Source: Phoronis australis (lineage: Eukaryota; Animalia; Phoronida). Taken from it: 64,000 nucleotides of DNA. Location: the NCBI GenBank assembly GCA_002633005.1, contig NMRA01000310.1, positions 438,624 through 502,623 on the forward strand, given 5' to 3'. The notes under the pieces were generated by a model. It was not told the origin of the DNA. It made no database searches and worked only from the letters and a program-made list of their open reading frames with translations. Below are positions 27,001-37,400 of the stretch, in pieces (position 1 is the stretch's first letter; each line of letters begins with the position of its first letter). The translations under genes were made by a program, and so were the position numbers.

Positions 27001-28925
27001 TGGCTACTGCTGTGCTCCCTGCTATCCTCGTCTTCCCGTAATAAATCCCTAGTTGTGTCATGAATTTTTGTGAATTTCGGCAGAAATGTTTGTGTTTAGA
27101 AGAGGATGACGCCTGCCCATTTTCTAGTGAACTTTGCTTGCAATGAGCCCTCTAGTGGCAGTTTTAGGAGTATGGTGTCTGTTTTTAGCATCCACCATTC
27201 TGAATCGTTTGTTCCTGAGGAGAGCATAACTGTTATTGATGTTCCAACATATGCAAGTACTGTGTCACCCAGGGCTTGGAATTTTCATCTTTTTTGGTTT
27301 CGATTTCCTCAGATTTGATTTTCTGTTATATCTTTTTCGTCTCTTTTTTATCTTGACTTTATTCATGCAAAAATGATTATTTCAGTTGGAATTTACATCA
27401 CAAAAAATATTTCTACAACACAATAAATATTTCTATCGCACAAGCCTATTTATTTGCGGAACGATACATCACCTGGAAATTTTTTTCTCATTTTTGTCAT
27501 TAGTCTTTCCAAGCCCTGGTGACCTCTAGTGGCAGGTATTGCAAACTGGCCATGATGCAATCTGATAAGGATGTCAGGCACTATGAACTGGACATGTCTC
27601 CAGTTTGAATAGTCTAGTCCATCAAAGGAGTGAAAAGGTGAAAACAAATGTCTTGATTCGGTTGGCAACTCTTGGTAATATCAACAGCTAAATGTGTATG
27701 GACGGACATAAAGTGGCATATATAGTCCACTAAATTAAGACTTGCAGTTTGCTCAGGAATTTCAGATGTTGCAGTAAGGTGGCGCTAGCTGTACAGGGTG
27801 GTCTATCATAACACAATTACATTTCTTTGTGTCGGACTCCATGGGTACGGAGCTCGTTGATGAATTGATGTGAAGTTTGGAAGGTTTGCTTCTATCGTGT
27901 TCCGCGACGGTTTTTCATGAAATTTGACATTCATGTTCTCACTCAGGACGTGACTGTACTTAATTTTGCTCAGATCAGTGATTAATTTTTTGGGCCCACC
28001 TTATCATCCACAAGACCTTGTGCTCGTAATTTTAGGTTTACTACCATTGCTCCCTCTAGTGGAAATGTTTGAAATAATGATTACCTCTAGTGTCTTTGCG
28101 GTTTTGTGATGTACTCACGGTTGTGTGTGTAAGTGCCCTGCATTGCTGTCATGATACTTCTGTTGAAGTATGTTTGCATCATGTGATCTGATGTCATTCT
28201 GCAGGTAACAAGGCAGTGACCTTTTATGAGCTGAACTCCATGTTTGGGCATGACACGTTCTTGCTAGATCTGAACGGAGTGGGAGCCGCCGTCAAGGTAA
28301 GTTTGCCTGCAACTGCTGCACATTTATAGCGTGATGTTCAAACATCCCTGGTCCATGCTAGGTCACTCTAGCCTAGCCCGACACAGGCACATCACTGGGC
28401 GTATGGGTAGCCCAATGTGTCCTGAGTACTAGTGGCGTTGAAACCCCCAAAACACTTGGTAGAATCTTGCCCAGCTTTTTTCGAGTACCGGTTCAGGTAG
28501 AAATCTTTTCACACGTCTTGTATTAATTAGGTCACGTGATGTGGCCACAGGTACAAGGGGGTTGGAATGATCAATGACAAAAAAGAGGAAACATTTCCAG
28601 GTGATGTGTCGTTCCACAAATAAACAGGCTTTTACTATAGAAATATTTTTGCATTGTAAAATTTAACTGAAAGAAATGCTTTTGCATGAATGAATTCAAA
28701 ATAATAATAAAAAGGAGATGAGAAAAGGGGAAACTAGAAGTCAAATAAGAGGAAATCTCTTAAAAGATGAAGATTCCAAGCCCCGCAGGTGGCAGGCTGA
28801 CCAGACTCAGAAATATTTGCGAACTTAAATTACATTGTTGTATTTAGGGTTTCCTTGAAACCAACATGGCGGAGACTGGCTGGGTAAGGAAAGAAACCCA
28901 CAACAAAGATCGTAGATTGTTCTAA
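8854..28925 (+). CDS. cys2: MetX-family (alpha/beta-hydrolase) serine O-succinyl/acetyltransferase, fungal Cys2-like, probable mitochondrial precursor; 10 exons, ~463 aa
   Basis: Exons 8854-9059, 19473-19686, 20232-20378, 21010-21096, 22364-22444, 24410-24559, 25920-26103, 26263-26416, 28205-28296, 28848-28925; all GT-AG, and phases close if the N at 22410 is an extra base. Motifs: [52 protein letters not shown], nucleophile [15 protein letters not shown], catalytic Asp in TDILFP, catalytic His in GHDTFLL. Confidence 0.9.
14583..14689. mobile_element. 107-bp MITE (hAT-like termini) with 5-bp TSD
   Basis: Ends CAGGGGCGGATCCAG and CTGAATCCGCCTCTG are imperfect TIRs; direct repeat CGAAG at 14578-14582 and 14690-14694. 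Confidence 0.8.
14886..14942. repeat. 30-bp tandem duplication
   Basis: GAATATAATTACATAATATGTCTGG twice. Confidence 0.85.
15020..15478. mobile_element. Foldback/MITE-like long inverted repeat (~210-bp arms)
   Basis: CCTAAACTACA...GGACTCACGGACCTGCAAACACCGTCCACTGACTCACAAAC... is mirrored by ...GTTTGTGAGTCAGTGGACGGTGTTTGCAGGTCCGTGAGTC...TGTAGTTTAGG; arms are built from ACACGG/GACTCA sub-repeats. Confidence 0.85.
16318..16470. repeat. Degenerate palindromic element with central GGGC-TTT-GCCC hairpin
   Basis: TACTGAATGGTTCAG vs CTGGAAACATTCAATA; ACGGGAGGGATTTTTCGAAAAAA vs TTTTTTCTAAAAACCATCTCGT. Confidence 0.6.
18433..18691. repeat. Imperfect inverted repeat (~110-bp arms), probably internal to a non-autonomous DNA transposon
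   Basis: ATTTTTTCCTTAGAGGGTAGTAAATTATGTTTA pairs with TAAACAGAATTTACTACCCTCTTAGGAAAAAAT; pairing continues inward (TAGCTGCGAAA/TTTTTGTAGCTA, TCAACTT/AAGTTGA). Confidence 0.75.
19473..19686 (+). CDS. cys2: cys2-like exon 2
   Basis: [13 protein letters not shown]...[33 protein letters not shown]. Confidence 0.93.
20232..20378 (+). CDS. cys2: cys2-like exon 3
   Basis: [49 protein letters not shown]. Confidence 0.93.
20681..20781. repeat. Palindromic dispersed repeat family A, copy 1
   Basis: GTCACTTGCAGGGGTCCCAGATTTTGAGAACCAGTTT...GAAACTGGTTCTAAAAATGCAGAACCCCTGTAAGTGAC; near-identical copy at 58749-58850. Confidence 0.8.
21010..21096 (+). CDS. cys2: cys2-like exon 4
   Basis: [29 protein letters not shown]. 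Confidence 0.92.
22364..22444 (+). CDS. cys2: cys2-like exon 5 (catalytic Ser; N at 22410)
   Basis: [15 protein letters not shown](T)[10 protein letters not shown] once the N is removed. Confidence 0.9.
23165..23657. mobile_element. Possible TTAA-flanked non-autonomous DNA transposon (Kolobok-like); related segments at ~17180-17580 and ~60600-60640 (reverse)
   Basis: TTAA|GGTTAC... start and ...GTACC|TTAA end; shared internal ATTTTCTGAAAG..GA..CCT.TAGA..TTGATTTTTT...TTAGCAAA with 17180-17290; 17570 region ends GCAACC|TTAA. Confidence 0.45.
23849..23946. repeat. 16-bp minisatellite, ~6 copies
   Basis: (AATAGATAATTAACAA)n. Confidence 0.9.
24410..24559 (+). CDS. cys2: cys2-like exon 6
   Basis: [49 protein letters not shown]. 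Confidence 0.92.
   Translation, partial: TDLDLVVCPVSPVKHCHEIPAEEVHHDRSKLEQGALLPERLPGDGYETC
25920..26103 (+). CDS. cys2: cys2-like exon 7
   Basis: [19 protein letters not shown]...[28 protein letters not shown]. Confidence 0.93.
26263..26416 (+). CDS. cys2: cys2-like exon 8 (catalytic Asp)
   Basis: AMDLFDL...[28 protein letters not shown]. Confidence 0.93.
28205..28296 (+). CDS. cys2: cys2-like exon 9 (catalytic His)
   Basis: [31 protein letters not shown]. Confidence 0.93.
28848..28925 (+). CDS. cys2: cys2-like exon 10 (terminal)
   Basis: tatttag acceptor; [25 protein letters not shown]-stop. Confidence 0.82.
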   Translation, partial: GFLETNMAETGWVRKETHNKDRRLF

Positions 28926-29690
28926 AGATGGCGCTCTGGACAGACTGACCACCAGGATTGATGACAGGACAATGTACAGATTCCTGTGCAGATATTAAAC
29001 ATCATCAGCTGAATATCTATAACCATGTTATAAACGGTGCAGCTACAGCTTAACAGCCGAGGTTCTCAGTAACAAGGATGCATCCAAGGCCAGAAAAGCA
29101 TATTTGGTTCTAGTCTGTTTTTCATTGAAAATCTAGTTGATATTGCAGTATGTTTTTTTCAATAAAGATAATCCACTCGTTGAGAAGAGCAAAATTTTAG
29201 GATTCATGGTGCTTACACTTGTTTAATTATGCATCTTTAGGCAGTTTTCAAAATAAAAACAACAAAACCTTGGCTGAAATTGGTGTAAGCAGACATGTTT
29301 TCCTGTAGTTGGTGAGCGCAGGTCTCAAAATGGTTTGGGTTAGGACCAGAGCCAACTTTGTTTTTCGGCCTAATCGCATGAATTTCATATTATTATAGGA
29401 CGATGTTTTCTTGAAGTTTGTAAATTAAAGTACTATTGTGGTTACCGTGGTAACATATTTCTGTAGTGCAATGTTCATTACTGTGTGGCAGCTATATTTT
29501 CGTCTGTAAAATGATGCTTCTGTGTGCTTCGATGATTTAGATGGGGGAATTTGTTACTTGTTTACTATGGACAACATTGTCAATCTATAGAATTCAGGTG
29601 GCTTGGCAACTTTGACGTGATTTGCAACTGATCGTGCTGATAAATTCTCAATGAAAAAAGCTGATACCTCGTTCAATTGTCTATCGGAAT

Positions 29691-29816
29691 TGGAGTGGTA
29701 TGAAATCAAAGTGAGATGCTGAGACATCTGTTGTTTCCCGCACTCCTGACTATTGGAGTGGCATGAAATCAGAGTGAGATGCTGAGGTATCTGCAGTTTC
29801 CCACACTCTTGACTAC
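29691..29816. repeat. 63-bp tandem duplication downstream of the cys2-like stop
   Basis: TGGAGTGGYATGAAATCARAGTGAGATGCTGAG..ATCTG..GTTTCCC.CACTC.TGACTA twice. Confidence 0.85.
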
Positions 29817-31900
29817 GGAAAGGTCGAGGTATGCTCTTAACTTCGTAAGCACCTATATTTTAATACATATCACTTCATGTTACTGGGAAATGGTCGTCTT
29901 GTCTTCTTTGGGTCGGAATTTCAGTTGATGTATTTTTAAATTTTTTTATTCTGTAAATATAACCCATAGAGTAAATGTTGTGAAAATTGTGATGTAAAAT
30001 ATAGAAAAACATTTGGAAGACATTTTCTAACTTTATTGTTAAAATTAGTATGAGCATTGAAGATCTGTGATAGATGGGTCAATTTTCCTTCAGGGTTCAC
30101 ACTGTGTTGTAGTGTGACAAATAAATTATAGTTATTGGTGATTTTGCCAAGTGGTGCAACACTTTTTGGCACGTTCAGATTACATACACAGGTATGATTG
30201 AGACCTGCATTATATGAGATTGCGACTGTATTATATATTTTGAGACTGACATGTTTGGTTTTGGTGGAATTTATATAAGATTGTATAAAAATAGACAATA
30301 TGATATTAATTACATTTATTGTAACCATTGTGAAAGGTTGTGATTGCTCAAGAAAGTGATAAAAATTGATGATGATTATGACAGTGATGATGTGTTTGTA
30401 CAGACATGCGCAGAGAATGTAAAAAGGTATTGATATGTTAATAATAATAATAATAATAACAATAAATACAATACTATGCCAAACTTGAGTTCAAATATCC
30501 TTACACTAAACAATGTACAGAAGTTTTTCAAAATAAACTCTGGACGGACTGCCAAACTTGGACGAACTTTTTATCAGAATTATTGTGACCTTTAGCCGGA
30601 ATGAAATGGCGTTTTTGTCAAACTTAAAGACAGAATTTAATGTGACATTGGATCTAGTCACTAACAGTTTATTTGTCAATGGACGTGCACAGTATGTTGC
30701 AACGGTTTACGATTTCGACGAAGTGCATCAAGTAACACATGTTGAGATTTGCCAAAATTGAATCAGTAGTCAAAAAGAAATGGATAATTATTCAGTCATC
30801 GTTTTGTGTGACAAAACTTTCTTTGAATTTTGGCAATGTCAATTGTATTTTGAAAACCACTGTCGGTATTAAACAGTTATCTAAAAGTGACTCTATTGCC
30901 AGGTTAGACTATGTCTCGGACTTTGCTACGTGTACGCAATCGTAGGAGTCTACATGATGAGACAAGACCAGGCAATAAAGACCAAAAGGACGGACCGAAC
31001 AGGCTGAACCCCAATAAGATGAGATACAGTACAAAATAGTAAAATGTGTAAAAAGCATTTCAGTTCACAAAGTAGTAAGTACACATACCCTGACAAATAT
31101 ACCGAGCCACAATACGTTGATACCACTAATAAATCCAAGACAAAGTTGCACGCAAAGTGCAAAATGAAAGCTTATATTAATGATACGAAACTTCACGAGT
31201 CTAAACCATAGAGCATCATTGATCAAAAGAGAAAATCCTGATATGACACGTTTGATAAAATTTGCAGTGAATACAGACGGCCACAAAAACACTATGATGA
31301 AAAAGTGCGTCAGGGTTCCCTAAGCAAACATCAAGACGTGGTACAAATTGCGCATCAGGTTTTTTGTGTCTAAAAGCCAGTTCACACTTGGCAATTTGTC
31401 TGCAACGCATGTTTGCAGGAAGCTGCAGTTACATTGCAGACATCGCTAGACGTGGACAGACACTTGAAGTTGCAGTGATGCTCAATGGTCCAGCAATGAG
31501 TCTTCTACTGCAACATAGTGTCTACACACTTCAGTACCTCGACTTTTCTAGGGAAGTCGCTGTGGACACGCCTTCACTCTTCCTTTCTGACGTTTTTCAG
31601 CTATGACTTCAATTACACGTTATTTTCACTAATGGAACATGTCACTATCATTTTTACAAAAGATGTAAAGAGACCTGCACCCTGTGAGTGAGTTGAGGAT
31701 ACGCCCATCAGAATGCATGTAATTTTAAAGTCTGTGGCTGTTATAAGTTGAATGACAATTGAACACTACCAAGGGTTATTTATACCCATTTTCTACAATA
31801 TTTTCAATTAATGGAAAATTGTGAAGAAAATTAATAACATTGTGTAGATAGTAATAACGTTTAAACATTCACCTCGCAATAATACTTAAAATATGTCAAT

Positions 31901-32000
31901 AGTCTGATATAACGTGCCCGTATTTTGAGAACCAGCTTGATGCCTGTTATTAAGTGGAGAAAACTGGTCCTCAAAATTCGGGCACGTTATATCAGACCAT
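31901..32000. repeat. Palindromic repeat sharing the family-A core but with different outer arms
   Basis: GTCTGATATAACGTGCCCG-TATTTTGAGAACCAG...GGAGAAAACTGGTCCTCAAAATT-CGGGCACGTTATATCAGAC. Confidence 0.8.
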
Positions 32001-33493
32001 TGCCCAAAATATGGCAACAGTGGAAAAAACCTACAAGATGCCAAAATGGTCATTTTGAAGAGATTCTATCTAGTCTTTGGTCTTGTAACAAAGAAATGAC
32101 CACCGGCTAACAATAGGTCAGCTACTCAGCTATTCAAAGCCAATACTGAATTACATGCAAAATGTCCAACCCTACACTTACTGCATAAAAACCTTGTAAG
32201 TTTGCCAAGACTGAACAGCAGGCAAACTGGCCAATCCAGCACCCTAATGCATAAAACCTCGCAAAATCGTGACAACAGTAACCCTCATCTAGAAGAAGTG
32301 AAGTTCACGACGAATGACAAGGTTCAGTCCAAACAAATAACACCTAGTGTGTAATCGTATTTGTACACAGGATTCAAATACTCGGTACAACTAACACCGG
32401 CAAAATGAATAACAAAAATAGTTAAAAAAAAAGTCTCTGAACAAGTACAAAGTAAACACAGGCAAATATGATGTTATTTTTGGTAACAAATAATTAAGCA
32501 TTAACAAAAACAATGACTTATATAATAAGGAGATCTACGAGAAATGCAGTAAAATACATAACAGCTTAACTTTGAGCAGAGCAGGTCTTCCTGCCCAAGA
32601 ATAACAGATAAGTGTTAAGCTGGGGCCCTGTACTATCCTTTGCCATTAGCTTGTGTGCCTTCCATTGTATTGCTTGTCATACTAAGTATTCACATACAAG
32701 TCAACGCATTCCTGGTACTTGTATGAACTCCCTGGAACACACCTTTTGCCTGAATTTTGCCAATCAAAACCTTACCAGAGATAGCTGCGATGCCCAAATG
32801 AACCAAAGTACAGCATCTGGTGCCAATGAACACAGACAGTCATGTGGTAAATGTAGTCAACAGCATTATTTGCAGAAATGTCAACATTTTTCCCACAAAT
32901 ATCTTGTTCCCCACGCCATTTATGAAATATGCCTCTTCCAAAAAGTCCATGGTGTGATTTCAGAGACGATGCCAAAAGTGAACCACCTAGTCGTTTTCGA
33001 CACTCCTACTGCACCAGTTTTTATGAGCCAGATTTGAAACCAAGAGCTCTCACTGAGACTTTCACAAACAGAAACAGGAAACACAGCGGAGTTGTTATTT
33101 GGAACACGCCTTTTAACAACACATCTGGGACTGCGAATTCTTGTGAAGGTCACGTGCTCAGAACAAAGGACGATTATTTCCAAATCCAGGTGTGTCGTAG
33201 CACATGTCCTTATTTCTTTGAAAAGTGTAGCTTGGAAAAAGTGCAAGCGTTGGTGACTCCATTTTCTGTTTTGGGACACACCCTGATGTAAAGCTCGCTG
33301 TTTGGACACATTCCGACCTAATATTTTCCTCATTGTTAGGGCACGATGTAGACGTAGTGTTTCACACAGTCCGAACTCAGTCAGGAAGTGTACTGCACTG
33401 AACGTAGACACCAGTTGAAAGTTGTATTTGGAACTACTAGGACTCGAGAGAGTTGCGAAGTCATGTCCCTCCCTCACAAACACTTCCTGGTAG

Positions 33494-34064
33494 CATCTGG
33501 ATTTACCCTGCTGAAAACTCGTATTTGCCCGACAGAATTCTCCCTGGCGTTAAGTTGCCTTTCTTATTGAGCAAACAAACCCTCACTTCATTTTTTTGTT
33601 CTTCACTGCTTTGATTTACTGCAGAGTGAACATCTGGTTTTACCCTGTTGAAAACTTGTGTTTGTCCGAGTAAACTCAACCTGGTGTAAAGTTGCTTTCT
33701 CACTGAGTAAACAAATTATGGCATAAATTTGTTCTCAACTGCTTGGATTTGTTGTAGTATAAAGTTAATGTAATTCTTTATCAAGTGGATTTACCCCGGT
33801 GAAAACTTGCACTCGTACTGAACTCACCATGACTTTCTCACTGGGAATACACACCCTGGCATAAATTGTGTTCCTCACAGCATGGATTTACCCTAGTGTG
33901 AACTTGTGTTTCTTGCTACCTGGATTTACCTTGGCGTGAACTTGAGTTCATCAGACTGAACTCAACCTGGTGTTAAGTTGCTTTTTCACTGGGTAAACAC
34001 ACCCTGGCATAAACTTTGCGTTCCTCACTGCATAGACTTACACCGGTGTGAACATGTGCTAATC
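33494..34064. repeat. Degenerate tandem array, 4 units of ~135-150 bp, in the presumed 3' UTR of the KIAA1614-like gene
   Basis: Recurring TGGATTTACCC..TGAAAACT..., CCTGGYGTTAAGTTGC.TT.TCACTG, CCCTGGCATAAA, TTCCTCACTGC; units start ~33494, 33631, 33785, 33919. Confidence 0.75.
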
Positions 34065-34276
34065 ACTGTGAACACTCCTCAATGAAAAGCTGTACTCCTG
34101 GCTGCTTTAAAACGAAAGCACACAATGTGAACTTAGTTCAGCTAGTATGAAGTGATGTTAGGTGCCTAGTACAGTACTATGCACCAGAAAATAGCAGCAA
34201 TGCCTCCAGTATAACGCAATCTGACAAATGGTTGCCTAGATCTCATCCAATATTCATCATTACAAAGTCGCAAACA

Positions 34277-34476
34277 TCAGACCATGTCAGACCTGGCCAA
34301 CAGTGGTAATGTCTTGAGCACCAGCTTGTTAGTGGCCGCCATGCAGTCGTAGATCTCGTCCAAGGTCATGTTGTGCGTCAAAGTACCGTTCACCTCCAGA
34401 ATCTCGTCCCCAAGTCCCAGCAGTCCCGCAAAGAACTTCTCTGGATGACCGTCGCTCAGTCGTGAGATGAATATGC
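34277..34476 (-). CDS. KIAA1614-like exon 8 (PDZ C-half, stop)
   Basis: GIFISRLSDGHPEKFFAGLLGLGDEILEVNG...LARSDMV-stop. Confidence 0.92.
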
Positions 34477-37400
34477 CTGCCGAGACACACAACAGATAAC
34501 TTAATAACGAGTTTTGAGAAGCAGACAACCAGTGAAGAAGCAGACGTATTTGTGTCCAAAACAGAATTTTGAATTTTGGACATTCTTTACCTTCTCCCAT
34601 AATTAGCACATTCATTACAACTTGAATGCCCCAAAATCAGTAGACCAAAATATCTTTTAAATTTAATACTTTAATTGCAACTGTCGGGCATTTTAATTGC
34701 GTTATTTAAATGTTTTGTGCACGGGATTGCCAATAACTGGTTTTAGTCCAAATCGCCACAGCACAGTTTCCTAGTCTTGGACTAAATTTAAAAGCTATAA
34801 GCTCAATGCTGAATGCCAATTCTAATGATTTTTCACATGGTTTCTTGAGCTAATTTGTTTGTACTGCAACTATACCAAGGGTGTTATAACTGAAGACATA
34901 TATTATGGTGAAGGTAAAAAATTAAACAACTTGACGGTAAACCTAAATTGAGTTAGCAGGAACAAAACTCTGTTAATGAGTAAAAGGCAGAAGATAACTT
35001 TGCTACAATGAAAGTCATGTCTAAGTGGATCTCTAAACCTTTATATGGATAGTTTTGACATGTCAATCAAGTTACTAATTCCAGCTAATTAGGATGCAGG
35101 AAAATGCAAACATTGTCATCATGCAACAAATATTTGTTGGAAACGAAATACACCTTCTCAACTTGTCACAAATATTTTCTTTATTATCCCTGTTCTTAAT
35201 TTATTTAGTATCTGAAGCAAATCTGGGTGAAAATTTTTGGAACACAAGTTGATGACTGCACAGGTGACTTACAAAAACCTACGAGGTCGTTAAAACTCAC
35301 GTGTTCTTATTCCCATGCATTAAGCCAACAGCGACCACCAATAAAAATTTACGCTGAAGACAGTTGTTCCTCACAGTCACTTATAACACAGAATAACTTA
35401 CCAGTGCACAAAATCACAACACCAAACTTTAAGTGTAATACAACGTCGAGTAACTACATTGTGATCAGGTGTGTAAATTGATCTGACATATGTTGATATG
35501 AATGAGTTAGCAATCTATGATCAGGATTCAATAGATTTAAAATCATGGATATACCGCCGCGTGTAACACCCATTCTTTTCAACGGGGTCCTTTTTGATTG
35601 TGTAGCTTCATGCCAGTAACAATATCACTGATGACACAGAGAAAAGGGTATATTGTATGAATATGCTTTCTACAACTATATGACAAAATAAAAAAGCAAA
35701 ACAGGTGTTCATTAACGGTTAAATGAACAACTATGATTACCATGGTTAAACTGTGCGTTGCCGCGGGCGATGTAGAAGCCAAAGGGTCCATGAGGCGGTT
35801 TCACCAACTCCACCACCTGTGTCCCATCTGAGTTCAAGGTCACTAGTCGTCCAATGGCGCGGGCATTACGGGGTGGCTCAACATCGTTGACCGAGGTTAG
35901 CGACGTGTTACTGCCGGCACTGGGTGAACGGCGCAGCTTTCTGGAATTGGTGGCAATGGTATTATAAGGCTGATTGGCACCAACGGTAACACGGTCACAG
36001 CAATACAATCCATCGACCGTTTTACAGATACCAAAAACTAATGTGTGCAATTCCAAAGCATAGATCTGTAAAATTCGAGTCACCCAATCCAAATTTAACG
36101 AAGTGTTACGAAGGAAATCACCTGCTTAGTAAGTTGGCAGTTGACTTTGGACAGACATCACCTGTTTACTTAATCTATGATAAACTTCTGGCTCCTTGAA
36201 ATGCTAAGTGAAGTGATCTCTTCAAATTGTATATCTAATGTAAAATTTATGTTCTAAAATTAAGGCTAACAACATACAATTAAGGCTTTTTCAGTAAGTG
36301 ACCAGTGGTTACAACAGGCCTTTTTAGGATTGAACGAATTCGACAGGTCATTTGAGCACTGACCTCCACCATATTCTAGAATCGAGAATTTCTCAGTTCA
36401 TCGTCTCACTTGATTTTGGCCATGCACAATTTCAATTCTTATTGCATTCATAATAAATTGTGGTATCGAATACAACTGCAGTCTGGCTAACACAACAGTC
36501 AATACTTTATCCTAAAACATTTCATTTTTGTCTCAATGCTTTTTCTAACAAAACAATGTTGTTAAAACACAAAATGAATGCCAGAGGTCCTCACTTGTCT
36601 TTGGTCCCACTGTGCAGGAAGCCATCAGGGGCATACCGTTGTGACCTGTCATCTTTCTTCCTAAAGCTCAGTTTGAGGGAGCGAAGGGATGGTGACTTGG
36701 CCAACTTAGGAATGCCAGAACTCGACTGAAATGAAGGGGGCGAAGTTATGAGACGTGACAATGAAATCAGCGTCAAATTTAATTGCAGGTGCAGGTATAG
36801 ACATTGCACTGATCACCCGTTACAGAAACCATTTTTACGTTTTGTTAATACAAAGTTGAAACTGAGCTGAGGAGCTAGAGACCTGACTCAAGGGTCTAGC
36901 AGTGTGGCTCAGTGGGACTTGAACCCATGACCTTGAGTAAAGGAAGTAGACACTTATCACACTAGGTGCCACTGCCTCCTCTAAATTAGTGTTTAGTGAG
37001 TGAAATAATATACACATAGACTTGCTCACTTGAATCTTCTAAAGAAGAAAAGAATATCAACTGCAGTGATTGTATTTAGAAAGGGTTTCACATGCTAAAA
37101 GCACCACGTCTAGTTCCTACAGTCCAATTGGTCACTTCCCTTCTTCCCATGAGTAGAGAGACATTTTAGCAACCTTTAGACAAGGATGTTATGAACAAAC
37201 CAAAATGTAAACAAAACAAGTTTAATATAAAATAATGACTGTTACGCTTTTCATTACAGAGACATTTAAATTGTTTTGCAATAATGGTATTTTGGAATCC
37301 AAAGCAGACCTAAAAATACAGACTGAGGTGCTCCTGACTTATTGTGGAATGCAAGTCAACATAAAACCAAAGTTTGGTCTATTACCTCGTGTGACTGTGA

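Noticed and set aside
8854-28925. Bacterial metX contamination or recent horizontal transfer
   Set aside because: Nine canonical spliceosomal introns, a presequence-like N-terminus and flanking animal genes.
32612-33570. Overlapping 120-187-aa ORFs on both strands
   Set aside because: No recognisable domain or splice linkage; they lie in the presumed 3' UTR of the KIAA1614-like gene.
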